Below are positions 48,898 to 58,956 of a stretch of 64,000 nt of DNA, piece after piece. The translations under genes and the position numbers were made by a program. The DNA comes from a virus. Below the pieces are notes generated by a model that did no database searches, was not told the DNA's origin, and saw nothing but the letters and a program-made list of their open reading frames with translations. The DNA lies in IMG/VR virus record IMGVR_UViG_3300032268_000973, positions 32,001 to 96,000 of that record; one strand, given 5' to 3'. How positions within the stretch are numbered: position 1 is the first letter of the stretch; every line of letters starts with the position of its first letter.

Positions 48898-50466
48898 ATG
48901 GGAGTTTTTTCAAAAAAACCAGATGAAACTTACGTTGAATATCGGGAAAGAGCAGTCAATAAAATATCTCCAGCTTTCTGTGGAGCTAAGTGGTATAACG
49001 CAACTATTTGGTTGGGTAATGGAACAACTGCAAGTTGTCACCACCCACCAGCACATAAAATACCATTGGAAGAGGTTGCTCAAAATTATAAAGCAATCCA
49101 CAATACCAATTACAAAAAACTTATTCGAAAACAAATGCTCGAGGGAGAAAGACCTAAAGAGTGTGAATACTGTTGGAAAATTGAAGACTTAGGGCCTGAT
49201 AATATTTCAGATCGAGTTCATAAGTCCGTTATATACTCAGATGAAGAACTGGCGGAATGTAAATCTTTATACGGGTGGGATAAAGATGTAGATCTTAAAA
49301 CTTTAGAAATCGCATTTGATCCTAACTGTAATTTTGGATGTTCTTATTGTAATGCTTCATTCTCAACTACTTGGCAAAATGATATCAAAAAGAATGGAGC
49401 GTATCAGAATCTTGTCTCAGATGGTGCGGCGGCGTTCCAACACGATGGAAGTCACTCTTTACCTTATGGTAGAAAAAACGAGGGAAATCCATATATTGAA
49501 GCCTTTTGGAAATGGTGGGAAGGGGAGTTGCAATATACTTTAAGAGAACTACGTGTTACAGGAGGAGAACCCACGATGTCCCAAGACTTTTGGAAGTTAA
49601 TGAAGTGGTGGGAACAAAATCCAGATTGTAATGTTGAATTTGCCGTAAACTCCAACTTGGGGCAAAAAGAGGAATTATTCAACGCACTTTTGAAAGCGTC
49701 TCATAATATTAAAAGTTTTCATCTCTACACTAGTTGTGAAGCGACAGGCAAGCAGGCTGAATACATTAGAGATGGTTTGAACTGGGAAAAGTGGTTGGTA
49801 AACATGGATAGAATGTTAAGTGAAGGTAATGTACAATCTGCAAATTGTATGATGACAATAAATGCATTGTGTTTGTTCAGTATTACTGAATTTATGGATG
49901 AAATGTTGAAATTAAAAGTTAAATACAAGACTCAGTCTCCAGTTTGTTCTTTCAATATTTTACGATTTCCGTCATTTCAATCAATTGTCACACTTCCAAA
50001 AGACATCAGATTAGAACGAGCTGATGCTATTGAAAAGTGGATCAACGATAATTGGGATAATGAGAAAAACGGATTCATTCAGTGGGAAAAAGATAGTATG
50101 GTAAGGTTAGTGAAATACATTCGTGAAGTTGATACGGGACATTCATTTACATCTTCATTAGAATCAAGAGAAAGAGATTTCAAATCTTTTTATTCTCAGT
50201 ATGATAAGAGAAGAAATCAAAATTTCTTGGAAGCTTTCCCTATGTTAAAAGAATGGTGGGATTCCATTCCTGAAACTAATATTACTCCTTTGAAAGGACT
50301 TGTAGATGGGGATGATGCTAAGTCTAACAGATATGTTGATGAAGTGATGGATACTGCTAAAAAAGAAGGGTGGGTATTAAACCCTCAACATCCTAATCCT
50401 GGATCTCAAGAGTATAAAGAAATGGAATATGAAGAGGATCTTTTGAACTTTATTAAAGAAAAATGA
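48898..50466 (+). CDS. radical SAM enzyme with N-terminal twitch domain
   Basis: CNFGCSYC, VTGGEP; N-terminal CGAKW...SCHH...CEYC. Confidence 0.9.
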   Translation: MGVFSKKPDETYVEYRERAVNKISPAFCGAKWYNATIWLGNGTTASCHHPPAHKIPLEEVAQNYKAIHNTNYKKLIRKQMLEGERPKECEYCWKIEDLGPDNISDRVHKSVIYSDEELAECKSLYGWDKDVDLKTLEIAFDPNCNFGCSYCNASFSTTWQNDIKKNGAYQNLVSDGAAAFQHDGSHSLPYGRKNEGNPYIEAFWKWWEGELQYTLRELRVTGGEPTMSQDFWKLMKWWEQNPDCNVEFAVNSNLGQKEELFNALLKASHNIKSFHLYTSCEATGKQAEYIRDGLNWEKWLVNMDRMLSEGNVQSANCMMTINALCLFSITEFMDEMLKLKVKYKTQSPVCSFNILRFPSFQSIVTLPKDIRLERADAIEKWINDNWDNEKNGFIQWEKDSMVRLVKYIREVDTGHSFTSSLESRERDFKSFYSQYDKRRNQNFLEAFPMLKEWWDSIPETNITPLKGLVDGDDAKSNRYVDEVMDTAKKEGWVLNPQHPNPGSQEYKEMEYEEDLLNFIKEK

Positions 50467-51812
50467 AAATAAAACCGTCTGAAGGTAATACAACTTTCTG
50501 TATGGCTCCTTTTACCCATACTTACTTATCTCCACAAAGTGAGAGGAGATTATGTTGTGCTAGCCGTGAAAAAGCTTCTTGGGCAACGCAATATATAGAT
50601 TCTGAGAAAGCTGATTCCAATTCAACGTATCAACCATCTACATTGGATGAACATTGGAACAGTGATTATATGAAATCAATTCGAAAAAAATTGTTAGCGG
50701 GAGAAGAAATTCCTCAATGTGCGGTTTGTAATGATAAGATATTGAACATATATACATACCGAGACTATTTTAATAATACGTTATTTCCTCATAAGATAGA
50801 TGACATCTTTGATGAAACTAAAGATGATGGTTATTTGGAAAGCAAGCCTATTTCTTATGATTATAGAATTTCTAATTTATGTAATTTTAAATGTAGGATG
50901 TGTGGGGATCAGTTATCGTCTCAATGGGAAGCTGAGAACAGAATAATGGGTTATTATGATAATGGATCAGAACCTTGGGCATCTAAAAAATATAAACCAA
51001 CTATAGAAAAATTTCAAAAGGAGGTTGCGGAAAAAGAATTATGGGACGCGGTATATGATGGGAGGATAGAAGAGATTTATTGGGTTGGTGGAGAACCTTT
51101 GATGTGGGAGATTCATTGGGATATAATGAAGTATTTGGTCGAAAATGGGTTATCAAAAAACGTAGTCATAAGATATAATACAAATTTGAGTAGTGTGAAA
51201 TATAAGAATCATAATCTCTATGATTATTTACCCCACTTCAAAAATGTAAATGTTTGTGCTAGTATAGATGGTACAGGTGAAATAGTGGAATATGTGAGAC
51301 ATGGTATAAATTGGGACAAATGGATTTCTAATTTTAAAGATGGATTGTTTTTGAACAAATTATACAACAATTACGCTATGACTTTTGATTTGACAGTTAC
51401 ACTCCCTGGACTCTTTTCAATCAAAGATCTTATCGATTTGAGTATAGAACTCGATGTTGAAACTTTTATCAAAACCACTTTCGCTTTCGACAGTTCAATT
51501 GTAATGTCACCAATGTTTTTACCAAGAGAAATACTAGATCCGATATTGGACGACATAATTGAATACGCTGAAAAAAAATCTGTGGAATATCCAAAAATAA
51601 AAAAATATGTTGAATGCTTCAGAGACATCAAAACCAAAAAAACATTTCAAGAAGAATATGGGGATTGGGAAATTGGACAAATTAGAGGTAAAACAAGAAT
51701 TTTGAAAATAGATACATATAGAAATAACGTTGGAAAAATTGAAAAAATATTTTCGAACTATCCACCACTATTAGAATGGTGGAATAAAATTATAGTTGAT
51801 CCATCCAAATGA
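50463..51812 (+). CDS. radical SAM enzyme with N-terminal twitch domain
   Basis: CNFKCRMC, WVGGEP; N-terminal CMAPF...LCC...CAVC. Confidence 0.9.
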   Translation: MKIKPSEGNTTFCMAPFTHTYLSPQSERRLCCASREKASWATQYIDSEKADSNSTYQPSTLDEHWNSDYMKSIRKKLLAGEEIPQCAVCNDKILNIYTYRDYFNNTLFPHKIDDIFDETKDDGYLESKPISYDYRISNLCNFKCRMCGDQLSSQWEAENRIMGYYDNGSEPWASKKYKPTIEKFQKEVAEKELWDAVYDGRIEEIYWVGGEPLMWEIHWDIMKYLVENGLSKNVVIRYNTNLSSVKYKNHNLYDYLPHFKNVNVCASIDGTGEIVEYVRHGINWDKWISNFKDGLFLNKLYNNYAMTFDLTVTLPGLFSIKDLIDLSIELDVETFIKTTFAFDSSIVMSPMFLPREILDPILDDIIEYAEKKSVEYPKIKKYVECFRDIKTKKTFQEEYGDWEIGQIRGKTRILKIDTYRNNVGKIEKIFSNYPPLLEWWNKIIVDPSK

Positions 51813-53008
51813 GAGATAATAATACTTCTTTTTGTACCTTACCTTGGATTCATTTGGCAACACACCCAAGTGGAACTGTTAGCCCATGTTGTATAACTGA
51901 TATGGAAAATGGAGTCAGTATGGCAAAAAAAAATGGGCAAAATTTATTTCTGAAAGAAAATACTTTAGAAGAAATAACAAACTCCGAATCATTTAATCAA
52001 CTTCGATTAGAAATGATGGAAAATAAATTTCCAAGTGTATGTAAGACTTGTTATAAAAATGATTTAAATCAAGTAAAAAGTAGAAGGATTGAAAGTAACG
52101 AATCCTATCAACATTTGATAGATAACTGTTTTGAAAACACTAATCCCGACGGGTCATTAAAAATGATTGATTACCGTTATGTTGAACTGAGATTAGGAAC
52201 CGTGTGTAATTTGAAATGTGTTACCTGTAATCCTTTCAGTAGTAATAAATGGAATGAGGATGTTTCAATCTTCAAAAACACAGAGTTTGAGACAAATTAT
52301 TTCAAAAATCAGATAAAAACAGAATGGTATAGGGACCCTAAATTTTATGATGATTTATTAAAAAAATGCGATAAATTAGAGGAAGTTTGGATAAACGGAG
52401 GAGAACCAACTCTAATCAGAGAACATGCGTATTTTTTAAATAAACTGATTGAGAATGATAGGGCCAAAGATATCAATCTACATTATAGTATTAACGTTAC
52501 AAAAATTCCTCAAGAATTTATAGACCTTTGGAAAAAGTTCAAAAAGTTGAAATTACAACTTTCAATTGACGATTTGGGGGAAAGAAACGACTACATCCGA
52601 TTTGGGTCGAATTGGGAAATCATCAACAAAAATTTGAATTTTATATCAGAATATAAAGATCAATTTGATATTGAAGTTTGTCAAACCGTTAGTGCTTTAA
52701 ACGTTTCAAATATCAATAACTTCAAAAAATTTGTTATGGATCATGGTTTAATTACCGCTCATAACTTTGTACACCATCCATCTTTCATGCACGTGTCTGT
52801 TATACCTGATAAATTGAAAGAAAAAATTCTAACAAATTTAAATTTTTTAACTAATGAAGAGATTTTCAGATTGGAATCTGAATTTAAACAAAGTTGTGAC
52901 GATCAAGAATTATTGAAGTTCAAAAAATTTATGAAATTATTAGATTTGAAACGAAATGTTAAGATTGAGAATTATTTACCTGAGTGGGAAGAATTTTTTC
53001 AAGAGTAG
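51809..53008 (+). CDS. radical SAM enzyme with N-terminal twitch domain
   Basis: CNLKCVTC, INGGEP; N-terminal CTLPW...PCC...CKTC. Confidence 0.9.
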   Translation: MRDNNTSFCTLPWIHLATHPSGTVSPCCITDMENGVSMAKKNGQNLFLKENTLEEITNSESFNQLRLEMMENKFPSVCKTCYKNDLNQVKSRRIESNESYQHLIDNCFENTNPDGSLKMIDYRYVELRLGTVCNLKCVTCNPFSSNKWNEDVSIFKNTEFETNYFKNQIKTEWYRDPKFYDDLLKKCDKLEEVWINGGEPTLIREHAYFLNKLIENDRAKDINLHYSINVTKIPQEFIDLWKKFKKLKLQLSIDDLGERNDYIRFGSNWEIINKNLNFISEYKDQFDIEVCQTVSALNVSNINNFKKFVMDHGLITAHNFVHHPSFMHVSVIPDKLKEKILTNLNFLTNEEIFRLESEFKQSCDDQELLKFKKFMKLLDLKRNVKIENYLPEWEEFFQE

Positions 53009-53011
53009 AAT

Positions 53012-54184
53012 ATGAGTAAAAGTGATTCAATTAAATTCATCGATTTTGAAATATCCTCGATTTGTAATGCGGGGTGTTCCGTATGTCCTAGAAGGAGTTT
53101 CGGTCATTTTACCGAATTTGCTCATACCTATTGGTCAATAGAAGATACTATACAAACAATTGATAAAGATATCGCTTCAAATTTGGTAGGATTACAATTT
53201 TGTGGGAATTTTGGGGATCCTATGGGGAATCCAGATGTCTCAAAAATTACAAGATATTTTAGAGAGAACAACGAAGACCTGTCGATTTATGTCAAAACCA
53301 ACGGTGGTATTGGTGATAGTTCATTATATGAAGAATTAGCGGAATTAGGTGTAGTTATTACTTTTGGTATTGACGGGTTTGGTAGTAAAAATGAACTTTA
53401 TCGTGTTAACGTCAAATGGGACAAACTTATTCAGAACTTAGAAAGTTTTACAAAAAAATGTAAGCCAGAACAATTTGAGGTTCAATTCATAATGTGGAGA
53501 GAAACAACTGATCAAATATTACCTATAATCGAATTGATGGAAAAAATTGGTTTTGGTACCTTGTTTTTAAGAAAGCCATTCACCACAGGTATCAAGACAG
53601 AAGTATTCAACATGAGAGGAGAGTCAACTCATTTTTTAACTGAAATACAAGATGTTCGTTTGTGGAAATATTTAGATACCAAGTGGGAATTTAAAGATTT
53701 AGAATCTCTGAAAAAAGAAATTTCAAACTTGAATTTAGGTGAACCATTTGTAGAATACAGTGATTTGAAAATATATCCAAAATCCGAAATCTTACCCAAA
53801 ACATACGAATTTTCAGAAATACCACAAAAAAAGAAAGAAAATAAAAAGTGTCAAACCTGTTTTTCTAAAAATTTCAAAGATCCTAAAAATTTATTTGGGG
53901 AGTGTTATAATATTTTTATAACCCATAACAAATATATAATGCCATGTTGTTTTATACCTCCAAACATTTCCAATGAAATGTTTTTTTCGAGTGGCCAAAA
54001 AACCGATGATCAAAAAGAAGTTTTGAATAGGATGATTGAAATAGGGTTTGAAAAGTTCAATTTGAAAAATAAAACTCTACGAGAGGTATTTGACAGTGGA
54101 GTTTTACATTCATTTGTTTATAATGATTTAATGAATAATACAGAACTCGAAATGTGTAATATTTTTTGTAATAAATGTGATTAA
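53012..54184 (+). CDS. radical SAM enzyme with C-terminal SPASM/twitch-like Cys cluster
   Basis: CNAGCSVC, CGNFGDP; C-terminal CQTC...MPCC...CNIFC. Confidence 0.85.
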   Translation: MSKSDSIKFIDFEISSICNAGCSVCPRRSFGHFTEFAHTYWSIEDTIQTIDKDIASNLVGLQFCGNFGDPMGNPDVSKITRYFRENNEDLSIYVKTNGGIGDSSLYEELAELGVVITFGIDGFGSKNELYRVNVKWDKLIQNLESFTKKCKPEQFEVQFIMWRETTDQILPIIELMEKIGFGTLFLRKPFTTGIKTEVFNMRGESTHFLTEIQDVRLWKYLDTKWEFKDLESLKKEISNLNLGEPFVEYSDLKIYPKSEILPKTYEFSEIPQKKKENKKCQTCFSKNFKDPKNLFGECYNIFITHNKYIMPCCFIPPNISNEMFFSSGQKTDDQKEVLNRMIEIGFEKFNLKNKTLREVFDSGVLHSFVYNDLMNNTELEMCNIFCNKCD

Positions 54185-54185
54185 T

Positions 54186-55214
54186 ATGAGTCTCAAACAT
54201 CTAATAACTGGAGGTTGTTCATTTACTTCTTACGAAAGAGTCAACATTCATCGTTCGGAGGATGAATTCATGAATGATCCGAAAGAATTTTGGTATTATC
54301 CCCATTGGATTCAGAATCAAGGATCCGACATAAAAGTTTACAACATGGGGAGCCCTGGTAGTGGAAATCTTTCAATTGCTCGGTCAGTAATTTATAAAAT
54401 CAATGAATTATTAACTTCAGGAATCAAAGGGGAAGACCTTTCGATTATTGTCGAATGGAGTAACTTTCATAGAAAAAGTTACTTTGTTTCTAAAAATATA
54501 CTCAAAAGACATCCATTGTCCTCCAATGTAAACTATGCTACAGATTGGATTAAAGAGAAAAAAGCTCCTGGTGAAAAGGGATATTGGCTTACCTGTCAGG
54601 TCCCTGATATGTCTAGGTCATCTTTAGAACAGGTGAACAATCGAGCGTTCAAATTCAATCAACATTATTTAGAAGTTTTATATAATGACGAAGAAAGATT
54701 TATTGAATGGATGGAATACTTTCACCATTTAATAACTTTATGCGAAAACAAAAAAATTAAATTTAAATGTTTTTTCATGCATAATCCTTTCTCTCCCAAA
54801 TATCATTATGGGATGATGCCTTGGAATTTTCAACCAGGTAAGCAAACAATTGATGCTCTATTTGTTGATAAACGAGTTGAAAATACTTGTAATGAAACTG
54901 AAAATGATTTATTCGAAAGATTTCCTTACTCCGAAGGATTATATAAAATGATAGATTGGGGTAAATATTGTTGGTTCTTTAATGAAGAAAATATACACAA
55001 GAATGGTGGAGTTTTGGAATGGACAATCAGGAATCAAATAACTAGTACTTACGAAAACTTTGTGCCATTATATCAAGAATACCATCAATATGGTAGTCAA
55101 AAAAAGACTGAAGAGGCTTTAATTGTTGGACATGCAAGTTCTTGGGGACATACTAGTAGTGAGAACTATAAAAAGTTCACCGAGGAAGTAATTTTAAGTT
55201 GGGGGATATTATAA
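54186..55214 (+). CDS. SGNH/GDSL-like protein
   Basis: ITGGCSFT, NMGSPGSGN, WGHTSS; start ATG 54186 (MSLKHL). Confidence 0.65.
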   Translation: MSLKHLITGGCSFTSYERVNIHRSEDEFMNDPKEFWYYPHWIQNQGSDIKVYNMGSPGSGNLSIARSVIYKINELLTSGIKGEDLSIIVEWSNFHRKSYFVSKNILKRHPLSSNVNYATDWIKEKKAPGEKGYWLTCQVPDMSRSSLEQVNNRAFKFNQHYLEVLYNDEERFIEWMEYFHHLITLCENKKIKFKCFFMHNPFSPKYHYGMMPWNFQPGKQTIDALFVDKRVENTCNETENDLFERFPYSEGLYKMIDWGKYCWFFNEENIHKNGGVLEWTIRNQITSTYENFVPLYQEYHQYGSQKKTEEALIVGHASSWGHTSSENYKKFTEEVILSWGIL

Positions 55215-56036
55215 ATGAAAAATCTTTTAATTACTTTGGGGGATTCTTTTACCTACGGAGAAGGGTTGACTTATGAGTTCATTCAAAAAAATCATCCTGA
55301 TGGATTCCAAGAAATTTTTAATACACCGAAAAACATTTTAGGAAATCAAATTTTTCGATTATCTGAAATGGTAAAAGATTTTGATAAGTATAGGGTAGAA
55401 AATAACTATTCTTTTTTCTTAAAAGAGAAGTTAAATACCTCATTAATCTCGAGTAGTGAAAACGGTGGTCGTAATGTAGAAAGACTGATGAATTTAGATT
55501 TTATAATAGAAAATTTGAAATTTATTAAAAATAGTACTCCAAAATACTTGGTTTTTCAATTGACACATATAGGGAGAGATATCGAGGACATGTTGATAAC
55601 AAATAACAGAACTGAAAAATATATTTTAGAAACATTTGGAATTGATTTTATAACCAAGGTAAAAAATGCCTCGGTAAATGAAAAAACTGCTTGGGACTTA
55701 GACCTTTTTTTTGAGGAAGCCGTGGAAATTTTCATAACAAAACTTCAAGATAGGTTTAATTTTTTAAAAGAAAAATATGGGACTAAATGTTTATTTTTTT
55801 TCGGATTAGGAGATTTGAAATCAATAGAAAAAAAACATAAGAATTATTTAACCAATCCATACTTTATGGAAATTATTGATAATAGCATAGTTTATTATAC
55901 TTGGTTAGATATGTGTTTAAAATTGAAATTAAATTTAAGGTCCAAATTAGGTGTTCTTGATGACCATCCTACCTCTGAATCACATAAGTTAATCGCAGAT
56001 AAACTATATCAAAAACTAACGGCTGATGGTTTCTAA
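55215..56036 (+). CDS. SGNH/GDSL-like protein
   Basis: TLGDSFTYGEG, SENGGRN, DDHPT. Confidence 0.7.
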   Translation: MKNLLITLGDSFTYGEGLTYEFIQKNHPDGFQEIFNTPKNILGNQIFRLSEMVKDFDKYRVENNYSFFLKEKLNTSLISSSENGGRNVERLMNLDFIIENLKFIKNSTPKYLVFQLTHIGRDIEDMLITNNRTEKYILETFGIDFITKVKNASVNEKTAWDLDLFFEEAVEIFITKLQDRFNFLKEKYGTKCLFFFGLGDLKSIEKKHKNYLTNPYFMEIIDNSIVYYTWLDMCLKLKLNLRSKLGVLDDHPTSESHKLIADKLYQKLTADGF

Positions 56037-56820
56037 AATGTATGTAAATGGATGTAGCTGGACCGATGGAGATACTCTTTCGGTTAATGGTTTATTAGAT
56101 CGATTAAACATTAAAGAATCTGGTAAAAATTTTTCTTATCCTAAATTGTTGGCGGATTATTATAGTTTAAGTTTGACTGACGATTCAAGGTATGGGGGCT
56201 CTCTGAATAGGATAATACGTAAAACATGGAGATACATTGAGAGTCAAGAAAATTTAAAAGAAACAGTTTTTATTTTAGAGATTCCCAATGGTATTCGAGA
56301 TGAAATATTTTGTGTTGATTCTAATGACTATTTGAATGTAACTCCATCAGATTTAGATATTACTGATGAAGTTCGTAGTAAAAATTTTTTTTGGAGGAAA
56401 TACAAAAAGGATATAATATCTTATTATGAAAAATTTTGGGATTTCGAAGAATTCGAATTTAAAGAATGGATAAATTTTTTTTCATTGTTAGTTTATATTA
56501 AAAATTATACTAACCATGTATACTTGATACACTATGATCGTCTGTTCATAGATAAAATTCCTTACTTGAATATTGAAAAATTTTTATCCGATCAAAATTT
56601 TATCAAATTGATCCATCCTAAGTCAAAAATTCAATATAAGTACATCGAAGACTTATGTAAAAAAGAAAAAATTTCAATTGGTGACATTACTGGAGTATTC
56701 GACTCACATCCGAATTTATCTGGCCATAAAATAATTTACCAAATAATAAGAGAACATTTAAATGACATGGATGATTTTTCACAAATAAAACAGAATTATG
56801 AGGGGGATTATTTACACTGA
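56026..56820 (+). CDS. SGNH/GDSL-like protein
   Basis: VNGCSWTDG, SRYGGSLNR, DSHPNLSGH. Confidence 0.7.
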   Translation: MVSKMYVNGCSWTDGDTLSVNGLLDRLNIKESGKNFSYPKLLADYYSLSLTDDSRYGGSLNRIIRKTWRYIESQENLKETVFILEIPNGIRDEIFCVDSNDYLNVTPSDLDITDEVRSKNFFWRKYKKDIISYYEKFWDFEEFEFKEWINFFSLLVYIKNYTNHVYLIHYDRLFIDKIPYLNIEKFLSDQNFIKLIHPKSKIQYKYIEDLCKKEKISIGDITGVFDSHPNLSGHKIIYQIIREHLNDMDDFSQIKQNYEGDYLH

Positions 56821-57895
56821 CGACGGTAATTTGATTGAGATTGTTGATAATGAAAACAATTACTCTTTACCTAAAGAATTTATAAATTTAAGAAACGATA
56901 TTCTTACCATCGTTTTTTATAATTCATTCGGATATAATTTTACAGAATTTTATAAAAAAGAAAGTTTAATCGAAAAAATTTACGAATACGAAAAAAAGTT
57001 CGGGATTGTTAAAAAAATAGTATTGGTTTTCAATGAAATCATTGTTGACCCAACTCAGATTTATAAATTAGAAAATGAAATATTTCGTAAATTTTATTAT
57101 TGCACCTACGACATGGAAGCTCCGAAAGATGGTAAAAAATTATTTTTACCCCTTTCATTATTATCTCAATTGGACTTTGCTTTGAATTCAGGATATCTCG
57201 AGGCTAAAAAATTTTTATTGACAATGACTTCAAATTATTACGATTTAGTGAAACCTCATAAAGCGGTTTTTTTATCTAATCACGTAAGTCCAATTAGAAT
57301 TGATATTTTCAACATTTTAAAAAATACGGATAATCTAAAGAACTGTGCTTGGTCATTTCAAAAAAAGTTGGTTTATTATAGTGACGAAAAACATGACTTG
57401 GATCTTTTTTTTGAGGAGAATAAAGAATTGATCCCGTTTTCATATGATGGATTTGATGATAAAAGAAATGTATTAAAGAGCACTTATTTTTATCAATTTG
57501 AGTCTTATTTCGAAATTTCTACAGATTCATATTTTTTCAAAGATATTCGAAATATAAGTAAATTTTCACCCGTGACCGAAAAAATTGTTAAACCAATTTT
57601 ATCATTTATCCCATTCATTATGTTTGGGTCACCTAGACTGAAACATAATCTCGAACAAATTGGTATGACTTTCAATTGTCCAATTTATGGATTTTATGAT
57701 AATTCTTCTCAAGAAAGTATTGATCAAGGGCTAGAGCATGTAAGAAACATGATTACTAAAAGCAAAGAGGAATTGCACAAAATATATTTTGAATACTTCA
57801 ATGAATTCACTAAAAATAATGAAAGTTTTTTACAGTATTTTTCGGATTTGAGAAAATCCTATAAAAATAATATTTTAAATGTAACAATTATATGA
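56798..57895 (+). CDS. putative GT-B glycosyltransferase, distantly GT10 (fucosyltransferase)-like
   Basis: YFEISTDS...VTEKIVKPILSFIPFIMFG...L..IG pattern resembles the GT10 C-terminal motif. Confidence 0.45.
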   Translation: MRGIIYTDDGNLIEIVDNENNYSLPKEFINLRNDILTIVFYNSFGYNFTEFYKKESLIEKIYEYEKKFGIVKKIVLVFNEIIVDPTQIYKLENEIFRKFYYCTYDMEAPKDGKKLFLPLSLLSQLDFALNSGYLEAKKFLLTMTSNYYDLVKPHKAVFLSNHVSPIRIDIFNILKNTDNLKNCAWSFQKKLVYYSDEKHDLDLFFEENKELIPFSYDGFDDKRNVLKSTYFYQFESYFEISTDSYFFKDIRNISKFSPVTEKIVKPILSFIPFIMFGSPRLKHNLEQIGMTFNCPIYGFYDNSSQESIDQGLEHVRNMITKSKEELHKIYFEYFNEFTKNNESFLQYFSDLRKSYKNNILNVTII

Positions 57896-58956
57896 AACAT
57901 GTAATCTTCGCAGGATGTTCATTCTCAGATGATGGGGCACTGTCCGATGATTTTGATAAATCTCAATATTCCAAAAGTATGAATTTGAATGATTTAAGAT
58001 ATCCTGTCTCAGTAAAAATACATCAACTTCTCACTTTTGATTTGATTACACAAAATGTTGATGATGTTGTAATACACACAATTGCTAGAGGGTCTTTTGG
58101 AAATCATATAATTTTCGAAAAATTGAAAAGTAAAATTTATGAAATCAAAGAAAACCACAGAGACGCTGAAATTTTTGCTGTGGTTCAGTTGACCGCCTTT
58201 GCTCGTGAGGGAGTCAAAAGTCTTCCTTGGATTGAAATAAGTAAATATCCATACGATTACCCAACTAAAAATTTGAATTATTTTAATTTCAAGGAAATAA
58301 AAAATTTTTTTGAAGTCCACTTGGATAATTTAATATCAATGAGAAACTTTTTACAAGATCAAGATGTTACTCATAATTTTTATTTTGGTTGGGCTAATAT
58401 ATTCACTGAAGATATAATTGCTTATGACTTACAAAATAAAATGGATGAGTTGAAAAACTTTATAAATTTCTATGAGTATACAAATACGATTGATGAAATT
58501 GGTGTATATTGTGCTGGTAAAAAAATTGTTACTGATAAGATCAATGAAGACAAAATTTTCGAAAATCTTTACAAGATTAGACCTGATAGATTTGGAGGAT
58601 TAATAGAATATGGAAGAGATAATTTAAAATTGGGGGAAAGATATCATCTTATTTTTGATCCTCACCCTTCATCCAAAACTTATTATATTTATTATAAGAA
58701 TGTTCTCCGTGATTGGTTTTTCAAAGTTGGAGTAATAAAAGAAAACGATGAAATGGATTCTCATTTTTTACAATTATTGGATAAAATTTTTGAATTTGAA
58801 TATACTCGATTTATATCAACTTTGAAAACAAAAAACACTGATTATGTTGAAATTGACCATTTATCCTTTAATTTAATTAAAACAGAAAAGTTTTTAGATA
58901 AAAATTATACAAGTGAACAATTCAATAAATTACAAAATAAATTAAGAATTTTATGA
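57892..58956 (+). CDS. SGNH/GDSL-like protein
   Basis: FAGCSFSD, IARGSFGN, DPHPSS. Confidence 0.65.
   Translation: MKHVIFAGCSFSDDGALSDDFDKSQYSKSMNLNDLRYPVSVKIHQLLTFDLITQNVDDVVIHTIARGSFGNHIIFEKLKSKIYEIKENHRDAEIFAVVQLTAFAREGVKSLPWIEISKYPYDYPTKNLNYFNFKEIKNFFEVHLDNLISMRNFLQDQDVTHNFYFGWANIFTEDIIAYDLQNKMDELKNFINFYEYTNTIDEIGVYCAGKKIVTDKINEDKIFENLYKIRPDRFGGLIEYGRDNLKLGERYHLIFDPHPSSKTYYIYYKNVLRDWFFKVGVIKENDEMDSHFLQLLDKIFEFEYTRFISTLKTKNTDYVEIDHLSFNLIKTEKFLDKNYTSEQFNKLQNKLRIL

Noticed and set aside
38702-54184. Classical RiPP cluster (small peptide plus SPASM radical SAM enzymes)
   Set aside because: No leader/core-type precursor, RRE/PqqD domain, peptidase or exporter was recognised, and the context is sugar enzymes. 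Down-weighted, not excluded.
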